DNA of 64,000 nucleotides. Source: a virus. Position 1 is the first letter of the stretch. Each line of letters starts with the position of its first letter. The stretch lies in IMG/VR virus record IMGVR_UViG_3300019487_000017, one strand, 5' to 3'. The translations under genes were made by a program, and so were the position numbers. The notes under the pieces were generated by a model that saw only the letters and a program-made list of their open reading frames with translations, was not told the DNA's origin and ran no database searches. This document shows, piece after piece, positions 53,367 through 64,000 of this stretch.

Positions 53367-55069
53367 TTTTTAGACGATAAAAAACTAATTAGGAGTAACT
53401 TTAAAAATGCCAGTAAAACCAGTAGGCAGAGGCTATACGCTAAAAAACAGTAAAGAAAATCCAGGTAAATTAGAAAAGATATTTTCTGATGGTACTTCGC
53501 AGATTATGGACCCAGAAGATGACAGAGTTAATTTGGACAAAATGGCAGATAATATTAATAAAGTCTTTTTTGAAGTATATGTGCCACAGTTATGCGAGCT
53601 AAATTCTTGGGAGTATATACCAACTAATCTTCATTTTAATGGAAGAATTGGGAAAGTTACTAATTGGATTTACAAACAACTTATTAAACTAATTGTACGG
53701 CTGACAAAACGAAGAATGACTAATTACAAAATACCCTTAAATAACATTCGAGATTTGCATATAATGCATTTACAAAGAGATAAGTATTTAATTGATTCTG
53801 TAGATCAAAATCAATTTAGATATCCTAGAACTATTTCTAATCCATTCTCATAATAAGGCATGATAATATGAAAATTGAAAAAAAGAAACCATCTTCAAGC
53901 CAAAATAAGACTCTCTTAGAAATTGATGAAAGTTACTCTATAAAAGTTTCATATAATCCAACAAAGAAACATTTAAAATGCGATATTAAAGATGCTGCTT
54001 TTAGAACTCCTTTTCAGCCTCATTTAATTGCTGATATATTGAATAATATCTATAAATTAACTGCTCCCGATAAAGAAACTAAATTTGAATATTTTAAAGA
54101 TGATAATAATTGGGGATTTATTGTTAAAGGAAAGTAATATATTATGAATGGGTTTACAGATATACTTAATGACGATTTTGCACAGAAAATGGCATCTGAG
54201 ATACTTGAAAGATTGCATAAATTTAAAGGTTATCATGCAGAAAAAGATATCGAAAAAAGGGAGAGAATAGGATATATTGATTATAACTTTGAATTAAGCG
54301 GAGGTTCTGTTAAATCAAAAGACGTTAACACTTGGATATCATTTGATCCTGAGAAAGGTTCCTACTGTAATAAATTTATTAAAAGTATATATTCGGAGGA
54401 ATGGACTCCTGATGAAGAATTATCTATCTATAATCATAAAAAGAAGATTTACAGCATTCTTAAAAATGAAGAATATTTTCCCCAGATTAAAACTTTAATC
54501 AGAGATGTAATCATGCCTGGGACAGATGAAAAAATTATGCCCCTTTCTACTATAGATATTATGGAAATGGAGATGATTGATTACTCTTCTGTTATGGATA
54601 CAACTAAACGCACTTTCACTCTAATTAAATTGCCTGGCGAAACCATCAGAACTGATCGTATAATGGAACGAATTCAAAGCGCTCAATCCGCCTCTCCAGA
54701 ATTAACCATTAATGAGGCTATTCACAAAGAACGTTTGGCAGCTAATCCACTATTTGATGCTGTCTTGGGAGCTCATGTTGGCAGTAAGTATTTGTGGGAA
54801 TTGACTTTATCTTTGTACGTTGATTATTCCCTACAAAAGCCAGAAGAAATTAAATAACCGTGTGTTATGTCTCGCAAATATGCCAATCTCGCAGACCCTC
54901 ATTGCCCTTTGTGTGAAGGTAGCGGAACAATAGTGGTATGTCTGCTATGCCAACAGGGATTTTCTCATTCACATTGTGATGATACCTACTCTTATAGATG
55001 TGAGTGCATCAAGAAACATAAAGATTTTAAAAAGAGAGAACAAGAAGTTGAAAATAGGAAAACAAGAAA

Positions 55070-55651
55070 GTGAAAAATTCTTTAGACTTTTACGACAATA
55101 TATATTCTCGGTTATTTAGACGTAAATATACTAAAAAAGGGGATCGTTCAGTAGTATCATTAGAACGATTTGAGCAATGGAGAAAAGATAATCCAATTGA
55201 AATAAATTCTGTTATAGATGTTGGATGTGCGTGGGGAAAAGCATTACAATATTGGAAAAATGCAGGTGTTGAAAAAATAGTGGGTGTAGATGTTTCTGAT
55301 GTGCCTCTACAAAAATGTAGAGAATTAGGTTTTGAAGTGTATCGAACATCTGCTACAGATTTATCAATGATACCTAATAAATCCTTTGACTTATACACAT
55401 CTACAGATGTGTATGAACATATAAGAACAGACGATTTAGATGAATCAATAGAAGAAGCTAAAAGGATAACAAATAAATTATTGTTAATACGGGTACACCC
55501 GTCAAAAGATAGAAGAGGCAAGTTGCATTTAACAGTTTGGCGGTTAGAAGAATGGCAAAAATTCTTTGAAAGGCATAATTGTAAGATTATTCCTTTTGGA
55601 GAAAATGGTGATATGTGGTATTATAACACTTTTCTCCTGAAACCAGATTAA
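55070..55651 (+). CDS. Class I SAM-dependent methyltransferase
   Basis: VIDVGCAWG, VGVDVS, SFDL, DVYEHI. Confidence 0.85.
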   Translation: MKNSLDFYDNIYSRLFRRKYTKKGDRSVVSLERFEQWRKDNPIEINSVIDVGCAWGKALQYWKNAGVEKIVGVDVSDVPLQKCRELGFEVYRTSATDLSMIPNKSFDLYTSTDVYEHIRTDDLDESIEEAKRITNKLLLIRVHPSKDRRGKLHLTVWRLEEWQKFFERHNCKIIPFGENGDMWYYNTFLLKPD

Positions 55652-56012
55652 AGATTTTATAAGGCAATGAGGAAATGAGAAAACCTGATATTATTCATAC
55701 TTGGTCAAAAAAATCGGCTGGACATTTATTAATAAGCCGCGCTCATATAAATGGTCACATTTTAGCTGTTGTAGAGATAATTGTGCCATTATATGAAGAA
55801 CCAACAGGTGATTTGAAAAACAACTTGGAAGAAAAAGCAGCAGAGTTAGTTATGTTTACTGCGATATCAGTAATACAAATTAAAGAAGTTCCTCCAAAAT
55901 CTATTTAGCAGGATGTCAAAATGACAACTATTCAATGTGAAGCAAATAGAAACAAATGAAGAAAAGAAGGTTTTAGAATAAAAATGACGATATATAGGTT
56001 ATAGTTGGATAC

Positions 56013-56084
56013 GCGGGTGTAGCTCAGTGGTAGAGCGTCACGTTGCCAACGTGAATGTCGAGGGTTCGATCCCCTTCACCCGCT
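56013..56084 (+). tRNA. tRNA-Gly (GCC), canonical U73
   Basis: GCGGGTG/CACCCGC-T; TCACG-TTGCCAA-CGTGA. Confidence 0.93.
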
Positions 56085-56092
56085 TTTAATTT

Positions 56093-56165
56093 GCAGCTGG
56101 AATTCGTCTGGCAGAATGCTACCTTCCCAAGGTAGACGTTACGGGTTCGAATCCCGTCAGCTGCT
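56093..56165 (+). tRNA. tRNA-Gly (CCC)
   Basis: GCAGCTG/CAGCTGC-T; CTACC-TTCCCAA-GGTAG; TTCGAAT. Confidence 0.85.
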
Positions 56166-56314
56166 TTCTCCCTAATGGAAAATCTTGCTTTCGTTCAGTC
56201 AAAAAAGTAGATTTGATTGATTAGATACAAAATTAATGTATTATTTATTATTAATGAATTTAGAAATGCAAGATTAGATTTGATGTTAATTTAGAAAGAC
56301 TGAACGAAACAAAT

Positions 56315-56386
56315 GCGGTATAGGTGTTGATGGATACATGCGAGCCTTCCAAGCTTGAGTGGACAGATCGTTACTGTCATACCGCA
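56315..56386 (+). tRNA. tRNA-Gly (TCC), A73 and non-canonical T loop
   Basis: GCGGTAT/ATACCGC-A; CGAGC-CTTCCAA-GCTTG; T loop ATCGTTA. Confidence 0.78.
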
Positions 56387-56985
56387 CTTAAATGAAAACA
56401 CGTCTTACGGATCCTAAGGAGAGGCTTGAACGTCTAAAAATGCTTCGCCAATTCCGTGCTATTTTAAAAGAAATGATGAGTAACCTTGTTACAGCCTCTA
56501 AAATAGCCCAAAAGAAGTAAAAATATTAAATTGCGTGATATCTATATAGTATATTTTACGATACTATATGAGTCTCTTATTAAAGAGTTATTATGATATC
56601 ACATTCTAAAAATATAAATAATGCTTGGCAATTCATTCCTGGATTATGTATAAGACTTTATCATGGATTAGATACAGATGCCAGTGATGCTGCTATAAAA
56701 ATGCTTAACAAGTTGCTTCATGAAGAACAAATTTTAAATGCTAGGACAAGTTTAAACGGTGGGTATATAGCCTACAAGCCAACTAAGGATTTTAAATATG
56801 GTATTCTACAGTTATCAAGTGATTGTAAAGAAGATGAATATTCATATGATTGGTATGATGAATTAGCCCAAGCCACTGAAATATTATCAGAAAATAAGGC
56901 ATTACAAAAATTCGAACTTGACGTGCAGATATTGTCTGTTTTACCTAGTTGAATTGTGTCATACATTTAAGCATTCTATCATTTT

Positions 56986-57600
56986 ATGATAGATGCTACA
57001 AAAATAACTGATTTTAATCGCAGTGATTATGAATTAGAAGAGTTTTTCTTATTCTCTATATTTGTGGCGGGCAAAACAGCTTCCATCATTGAAAAGAAAT
57101 TAGAGATATTTCTAGAACCAGCCAGGAAAGCGTCTCTTACACCACTACAATACTTAAAATCCGTATTGGTTATAAACGAATCTCGTAGTAAATCTGTAAA
57201 ACGTTTATCTCAACTTCTAAAGAAATATAAAATGGGCAGATACGATGTTCTTAGTATCGCTATGTATCAAATCATAACAGAGGGGATTAACTTAAGAACA
57301 TGCACAGTTGATGATTTAGAGAATATTCATGGTATTGGTCCTAAAACATCTAGATTCTTTATTATGCATAGCAGGCAAGATACAAGGGTAGCAGCTTTAG
57401 ATACTCATATTTTATCATGGCTAAAAATGCAAGGATATACCGTTCCTAAATCTACGCCATCAGGCAGAAAATATAAGTTTTTAGAGAGTATCTTCTTACA
57501 AGAAGCAGATAAAAGAAACATTTCACCCCATGTTCTAGATTTAGATATTTGGAATACTTTGTCTATTAGATCGGGTTTAGCTAGAAAAAGCAAGGTATAA
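56986..57600 (+). CDS. HhH-GPD DNA glycosylase/AP lyase (OGG-like)
   Basis: IHGIGPKTSRFF helix-hairpin-helix, VAALDTHIL, LDLDIW. Confidence 0.8.
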   Translation: MIDATKITDFNRSDYELEEFFLFSIFVAGKTASIIEKKLEIFLEPARKASLTPLQYLKSVLVINESRSKSVKRLSQLLKKYKMGRYDVLSIAMYQIITEGINLRTCTVDDLENIHGIGPKTSRFFIMHSRQDTRVAALDTHILSWLKMQGYTVPKSTPSGRKYKFLESIFLQEADKRNISPHVLDLDIWNTLSIRSGLARKSKV

Positions 57601-58657
57601 AAAATAAATTACAGTAATTAAAGCAACAAGGGCTTATACTGTAATGAAGTTTATTTTCAGTAAAAAATATTTGAATACCAAGAATATTCCTCTATCCGTA
57701 GATGGAGAAGCTAATTCTATCCAACGAATTTCTTCCGTTATCTCAGATACTATTCAGAATAGACAGCTTTATGAGATAGACAACGATGGGATTGGGGTAT
57801 ATGAATTTCAAGGGCATAAAGGCTACGATCAAGGGAGTGATTATATTTATGCTAGTGGCTCAGTATCTATTGATGTGACAGATATTTTATCCCACCAAGA
57901 AATTCCATCTCGTTTACAGGGGCAAAGTGAGACATTTCCTGATAATTCTCCCGTAGAATTCAATTGGTTTGCTACTCTAAGAGATGTAACAAATGTGGAC
58001 GGAAAACACATTGCAATATACGATTTAGATTAGTGATTTATGAAAGTTCATCTGCAAAACGGAAACAACGACGATCAAGAAATATATGGTTGTTTTTGCG
58101 GTTCTCTAGATCATACTATGTCTGTATGGTATCTTGGAAAACCAAAAGAAGAGGATCCAGACGATGAAGATGTAATTTATGTTTCTATGTTTATTATAGG
58201 ATGGAGAAATATTTTTCAACGTATTAAAGTATCTTCTTTATTTTTATTTAGAAATACTCAAAAGGATTCTCCATTAAGCGGTATTAGTCTTAGGCATCAG
58301 GATATCTTACGTTTTTATAATTTTTTGGGAAAACAAACAGAAACGGAGATAGATACAACAGATTTTTATTTAGTAAACAACAAAGATGACCATTCCATTT
58401 ATAATATAAAATATTCATTTGAAACATATACTCATCCAACAACTCAGGATATTTCCCCCGAGTTTGATGTAGATATTTATTTTAAGAATAACCTTTCCTT
58501 TCTCCAGAGATTAAAGATTGCATGTCAGTACGTTCTGAATAGGTTGCCAAAGTTTAAAAGCTATGAAATGTTTGACTTGACTCCTTTGGACTCTCAATGT
58601 ATAAAAGGTGTTATTTGTCGCTATTTAAACTTAGCAAATCAAGCTGAACGGTGAAAC

Positions 58658-60844
58658 GTGCCACATGTTGATATATTTGCGGATAAAAACAAACCAAAAG
58701 CTCTTATTTTAACTAAAAAAGAGCAAGAGAGAGTTTCGTATTTAGAACGAATCTTACCTCCCCTTATCATCCAACATGGTAAAGGGGAAACTTGTACACA
58801 TCCTGAAACAGGCGATACTGTATCTGACACAGAATTTGATAAAATGTGGTCAGATCTTGAAAAATTAAAGCCTGATTCTGTAATCTTAAAGAAAACCGCT
58901 TCTGCTATTCCAATTGACCCAAATGCAAAAAAGATGAAGCATGATCCGCCCATGACTTCTATCAAAAAAGCAAATGGAACGCTTCAAGAACGTCAAGCAG
59001 AATTTGAAAAATGGCTAAAGAACATCTGCACGAAACGTAATATTTCACGAGATAAAGCATTAGAAAAGATAGTATGTTCATATAAACATGACGGGGCAGC
59101 TTGTTCGCTAAAATATGTTAACGGTGAATTGGTACAAGCTGGCATGCGTTCTGATGATCGTCATTGGGGTGAAGATATCACAGAAAACATTAAGTTTGTT
59201 AAGGATGTTCCTCTTAAACTACCAGTCCCTATTACCTGTATTATCCGTGGTGAATTAGAATGTAAGATTTCTACCTTTAATAGATTAAATGGTACTGCTG
59301 CTGTTGAAGGTCAGGAGTTTGCAAATCCACGTAATTATACGACCGGAAGTATTCGCCAATTTAAAGATCCTCAAAAGACCAAAACACGAGAACTAAGTTT
59401 TGTAGCTTACAGGATATTGGGACTTCATCCAAGCCCGTTTAAGACCGAAAGAGAATGTGCTATTTGGTGTAATAAAACTCTTAAAATCCCTTATGTAAGA
59501 ACAGAATTTTGGAATCCTACTCTATTCGAAGATTTAGAACGAAAAGTTCCAGAATTAGATTACGAAGTAGATGGTATTGTTGTTTCTTTTGATAATTTAG
59601 AAGAACAAGAACAATTAGGTACACATGGCGATACCGCCGATGGAGATCCCAAAGGCAAAATTGCATGGAAATTTGCAGACGATACTGCAGACCCAATTAT
59701 TGATGAAATTGTATGGGAAACAGGTAGAACAGGCCACATCTGTCCTGTAGTTACCTTTAAAGGTGTAAAACTAGCTGGAACTATCGTTAAAAGAGCGGCA
59801 GGACATAGTTTAGGTTTCTTATTAAGAAATAAAATTAATGTTGGTACTCAGATAAAAATTAGAAAGTCTGGTAAAATTATCCCTGAAGTCTTGGGACATT
59901 TTGAAAACAATACATTTATTTCTAAGATTCCTGGTGGAGATCCATCTTTACCAGCAACTTTTGATTTAACCCAAAAAGGAATTCATCCTGATAAATGCCC
60001 TTCTTGCAATCAAGATACAAAAGTGATTCCTGGTGCTGATAAGGGAATGTATGAACTACATTGTGAATATAAAGACTGCCCTTCTCGTAATATCAAACGA
60101 TATTGCAATTATCTTGAGAAATTTGGAGTTAAAGGAGTAGGAGAAGCTACAGTTGAGCGTTTAGTTGAGGCAGGAATTATAAAAAACTTCTGCGACTTTT
60201 ACAACTTGTCAATGAATCAGTTACAAGCATCAGGGGAAACACTAAGAACAGCGTTATTAACTATTGCTCGCATTCATATGGTTGATGCTCCAGAACAGAT
60301 TAAAGATAATCAGGAGCTGGCAAGGAGAACAGTAGACGCCATTAAGAAAAAGAAGCACATTTCGTTATCTAAGTTTATAGCCTGTTTAGGCATTCCAGGC
60401 GCTTCAAAAGGAACAGGTTTTAGTTTAGCATTGCATTTTAGAGATATTGATAAGATTATTAATGCAACTGAAAACGATTTTGCTAGTTGTGCAGATATTG
60501 GAGAAAAAACAGCCAAAGCATTAGCAGAATATCTTTCTTTGCATAAACAGGATATTTCTGGATTATTGGATAATCATTTAAATATCGAATTGCCTAAGAC
60601 TGGACGTTTTACAAACCAAACATTTGTATTTACTGGTGGTCAACCTGAAGGCAAAGATTATTGGAAGGATTTGGTTGAACAAGAGGGTGGTTTAGTAAAA
60701 GGTTCCGTTTCTGTTAAAACCAACTATGTAATCGTTGGTACAGACCCTGGCGAAAAATATGATAAGGCAAAAGAACTGCTTGCTTCAGGTACAAAATTGA
60801 CTATCGTGGAGTCTCACGCAGCGCTGGTAAAGCTTTTTGAATAG
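58658..60844 (+). CDS. ligA: NAD-dependent DNA ligase
   Basis: SYKHDG (KxDG), GEDITEN, RGE, FANPRN, DGIV, GRTG, zinc finger, HhH repeats, C-terminal BRCT. Confidence 0.95.
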   Translation: MPHVDIFADKNKPKALILTKKEQERVSYLERILPPLIIQHGKGETCTHPETGDTVSDTEFDKMWSDLEKLKPDSVILKKTASAIPIDPNAKKMKHDPPMTSIKKANGTLQERQAEFEKWLKNICTKRNISRDKALEKIVCSYKHDGAACSLKYVNGELVQAGMRSDDRHWGEDITENIKFVKDVPLKLPVPITCIIRGELECKISTFNRLNGTAAVEGQEFANPRNYTTGSIRQFKDPQKTKTRELSFVAYRILGLHPSPFKTERECAIWCNKTLKIPYVRTEFWNPTLFEDLERKVPELDYEVDGIVVSFDNLEEQEQLGTHGDTADGDPKGKIAWKFADDTADPIIDEIVWETGRTGHICPVVTFKGVKLAGTIVKRAAGHSLGFLLRNKINVGTQIKIRKSGKIIPEVLGHFENNTFISKIPGGDPSLPATFDLTQKGIHPDKCPSCNQDTKVIPGADKGMYELHCEYKDCPSRNIKRYCNYLEKFGVKGVGEATVERLVEAGIIKNFCDFYNLSMNQLQASGETLRTALLTIARIHMVDAPEQIKDNQELARRTVDAIKKKKHISLSKFIACLGIPGASKGTGFSLALHFRDIDKIINATENDFASCADIGEKTAKALAEYLSLHKQDISGLLDNHLNIELPKTGRFTNQTFVFTGGQPEGKDYWKDLVEQEGGLVKGSVSVKTNYVIVGTDPGEKYDKAKELLASGTKLTIVESHAALVKLFE

Positions 60845-61103
60845 CTTTTAACTTAAGGAGCGAAAATGGAAACATTGGTAGCTTTAAATGAAGAAGATCA
60901 AAATGCAATAACTTCTTTTCATAAGAAAGCACATTTCTTGGGGAGAAGTGGGTGGAACGGGAATAAGGCAATACAATACTATAAAATCGAAAACAGATTT
61001 TGCGCCATGGACGTAGATAATACTACTAAAACATGGTTTCTTCTCGATACCGGCAGATATGTTGATCCTGATGAAATAAGAAAAGGATTAAATAGAGATA
61101 TTG

Positions 61104-62459
61104 ATGTCTGATTTAATGGAACGAATCACATCGTTATGCAAACGACGCGGGTTTGTTTATCAAACTGGTAGTCTGTATGGCGGTCTGCGCGGGTTTTGGG
61201 ACTACGGGCCTTTAGGAGCGCAACTTCGCAAAAATATTAGAGATTAATGGTGGAAAGATATTGTAACATGTTCTCCCATTGATACTAAACATCAAAAGCC
61301 TTTAACAATCCTACCGTTTGAAGGTAGTATTATTACCAATCCGAAAGTTTGGGACGCATCCGGATTCTTAAGACATTTCTATACTACTTTTATTCATTGT
61401 CCATCGTGTGAACGTGACAATAGTATAGAATCCTGGGAGACCGATGATAAATGTCCCTACTGCGGAAAATTATTAGAAGATATCAATAATTTAGAAGAGC
61501 AAACAAAACATAGATCTCGTCTTATTTCAGTAGAAGAGATATTTGCAGATTCTCAAGGATCTAAACTATATTTAAGACCCGAATCTTCACAAAATATCTT
61601 TACGAATTTTAACAATATTATTCAAACCAATCGTGTTAAATTACCATTTGGCATTGCTCAAATTGGCAAAGTATTTGTTAATGATATTGCGCCTCGCAAG
61701 TTTTTCTTCCGTTCCAAGGAATTTGAACAAATGGAAATGGAGTTTTTTATAGATCCCGAAGACGACGTGAACAAATGGTTTCTTTTTTGGGCGGATAACA
61801 GGATGTCCTGGTGGCTTGATAATGGCTTGTCAGAAGATAAATTATCAATATATGCCTATTCTCAAAATGAACTGTCATATAACGCAAAAAGTTCAAATGG
61901 CGTTGTATCTATTATGTATGAGTTCCCATTTGGTAAATATGAAATCGAGCATATTATCCACAGGGGAAAATTTGATTTGTCTTTGCATTCACAGGCTTCA
62001 GGTACAGAATTATCATTTTTTGACGCCAAAACAAAAAGCACAATTATTCCTCATGTCATAGAATGTTCCACATCTTTGGAAAAAGGATTATTAGCTATAT
62101 TGTGCGAGAGTTATCATGTAGATAATGAACGTCCATGCAAGGAATTCATGAACATTCCTGTGAGATTAGCACCAATTAAAGTTGCCTTTTGCCCGATGGA
62201 AAATAAGGGTGTTTTAAGTAATATTGCTTTTTCGCTTTTTAATCATTATCGTCGAAACTTTAATTGTTCGTTAGAAGTCAAAGGCAGCATTGGTAAACGA
62301 TATGCAAGAATGGATGAAATAGGTACACCATTTTGTGTAACTGTAGACCGTGAAACAAGAAAGGACAACTCGGTGACAATCCGGTTTTTGAAAACTATGG
62401 AACAAACACGAGTTAGTCTTGAAATGCTAGATGTATTTTTTCACCGTAATTTAAATTAA
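61104..62459 (+). pseudogene. glyQS: Degenerate homodimeric-type glycyl-tRNA synthetase homolog with an in-frame TAA at 61245-61247
   Basis: LCKRRGF, YGG..GFWDYGPLG, *WW, YLRPES, PFGIAQIGK, EFEQMEMEFF, GSIGKRYARMDEIGTPFCVTVD; single frame from ATG 61104. Confidence 0.85.
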
Positions 62460-62469
62460 GGATGGGAGT

Positions 62470-62763
62470 ATGAAAATAAAGGAGAAAAATATAGAACCAG
62501 GATTGTCTCGTTTATTTTCGGGTATCAGTTTAGCGATTAAAGAGTACCGACGTGAATCTGGAATGTCGCAAAAAGACCTTGCCACTTTGATCGGATTAAA
62601 CCAATCTGCTATAAGCCGTTTAGAGCGACAAGATTGTGCTGGATATTCTATTGCTACGCTTTATCGCATATTTGATAAAATGAATATGGATATAGAGATA
62701 CAAATCGTAGAACGAGAGCCATCTCCCGTAAATAAAGAAGAAAATCTTGTAGAAGCAAGTTAG
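62470..62763 (+). CDS. XRE-family HTH regulator
   Basis: IKEYRRESGMSQKDLATLIGLNQSAISRLE. Confidence 0.85.
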   Translation: MKIKEKNIEPGLSRLFSGISLAIKEYRRESGMSQKDLATLIGLNQSAISRLERQDCAGYSIATLYRIFDKMNMDIEIQIVEREPSPVNKEENLVEAS

Positions 62764-62765
62764 AT

Positions 62766-64000
62766 TTATCCTACAAAAGAATGTTCATCACTTGCTTGAG
62801 TGCATTCAGCCTGTCCAGCGCCAATATCAATATATGCAACTGTAGGACTTGGATCTCCATATCCTGATTGACTTTGTAAGAACGTTAGTTGATGATTTCT
62901 TGCCTCTTCTAATGAGATTGTAAAATCTCCATCACCTGGATCTACCCAAGGATGCGTATCTGTCGGATAATCTACTTCTCCATCTGATGTAGCAACTTTC
63001 CATCCAGTATATTTTCCAGAAGTATTAGCCATTGTTCCAGTACCAAAACCGCAATTATTCATAGATAAAATAACAGGACCAACACCAGAAGCTTGAAGAC
63101 CCCAAGCTCCATTGTCAATAAAATTGCATCCCTCACAAAAAACAAGAGCTGGCGAAGCACTATTATGATTTATACCATCAGCTCCGTTTGCATAAAAATC
63201 ACAATTAATAAATGAATAAGTACCAGTCGTTTGTATCAAAGATGCTCCGTGCGAAGCATTGGAATCAAATATGCATTGATAAAATATTGCAGAAGAAGTA
63301 TTCGCTGTTACTCTCATACCTGACGCATTTGATTGAGTATTGTCATGAAAAATACAACGAGCAAATAAATTACCAATTCCTCCTTGTGCAAGTGCACCCG
63401 TACTAGCAGTATTACTTGTATTACAATTATACCATTCGCATCTTTCTATAACACAATGATCCCCGCTAATAGTCAAACCCGGTCCTCGCGCTGCAGAGAA
63501 AGTTATATTTCGAAGCAATATTTCAGTTCCAGAAACATCCATTGCCGCAGTGGTGCTAGTTGTTCCATTAGTATCTAAAATAAGATCTACAATTTCCATT
63601 CCGCCCCCGCTGACTGACAAACCTATAGCTGTTCCAGCTCCACTACGTGTATAAGTTGCTCTACCTCCATCTCCAACTGTTGAAGAATAACCTTGTACCC
63701 TATAAGGACCACCAGATAATGTCATAGTTGTAGTTACAGCATAACTTGCATCATTTTTAAGATTAAATCTTGCAAGATCGCCAGATGTATTTTGAAGTTC
63801 AGTTGCGAATAAAGCGAATGGTCCAGATGTAGTGCCTGTTGGTCCCAACCAAGCACCTCCAATTTTTAATGTTCTATTATTGGTTCCATTGCTAGGAGCT
63901 GATCCACCATCTACCGTAGTTGACAATGTAATTGTTGTAGCGTCCCTTGCTGTTACTCTTGCTACGAAACCTGTAGCAGTAGAACCATCAGCGTATACGC
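62766..64000 (-). CDS. Partial right-handed beta-helix (pectin-lyase-like) protein, probably a virion spike/fiber; continues beyond the window
   Basis: Repeating xCxFxxN...G motifs, Gly/Ser/Thr rich, C-terminal DIGA; frame appears open upstream of 63926. Confidence 0.65.
   Translation of the reverse strand, partial: VYADGSTATGFVARVTARDATTITLSTTVDGGSAPSNGTNNRTLKIGGAWLGPTGTTSGPFALFATELQNTSGDLARFNLKNDASYAVTTTMTLSGGPYRVQGYSSTVGDGGRATYTRSGAGTAIGLSVSGGGMEIVDLILDTNGTTSTTAAMDVSGTEILLRNITFSAARGPGLTISGDHCVIERCEWYNCNTSNTASTGALAQGGIGNLFARCIFHDNTQSNASGMRVTANTSSAIFYQCIFDSNASHGASLIQTTGTYSFINCDFYANGADGINHNSASPALVFCEGCNFIDNGAWGLQASGVGPVILSMNNCGFGTGTMANTSGKYTGWKVATSDGEVDYPTDTHPWVDPGDGDFTISLEEARNHQLTFLQSQSGYGDPSPTVAYIDIGAGQAECTQASDEHSFVG

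Noticed and set aside
61245-61247. Stop-codon reassignment explaining the internal TAA
   Set aside because: Well-identified genes here end normally at TAA, TAG and TGA, and no suppressor tRNA was found; a single mutation or sequence error is simpler

Overview
AT-rich, gene-dense segment that looks like a jumbo (huge) bacteriophage genome: many short hypothetical ORFs plus NAD-dependent DNA ligase, SNF2 helicase, GHKL ATPase, NAD/ADP-ribose enzymes (Prs, NadD, PnuC-like, ADP-ribosylglycohydrolase, NADAR, Nudix) and translation-related genes (EF-Ts-like, Trbp/EMAP tRNA-binding domain, degenerate GlyRS). FliW, a PEP-CTERM protein and the GlyRS type suggest a Planctomycetota-like host (inference). 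The window is very rich in RNA genes: 18 tRNAs (none encoding CCA), a compact ~250-nt RNase P RNA and several structured intergenic RNAs. The standout is a minus-strand locus with a Ro60/TROVE-like vWA protein and an ARPP-like protein, followed by four Y RNA-like molecules. These share a covarying stem motif but carry a tRNA-like domain joined at three different points (acceptor end, variable loop, D loop). Also notable: two distant copies of an apparently undescribed pseudoknotted RNA, two ACCA-tailed hairpins, a tRNA nested in-frame inside an endonuclease gene, and a TCTCC(A/T)G motif oriented upstream of about 20 transcription units. All calls were made by eye; no searches were run.
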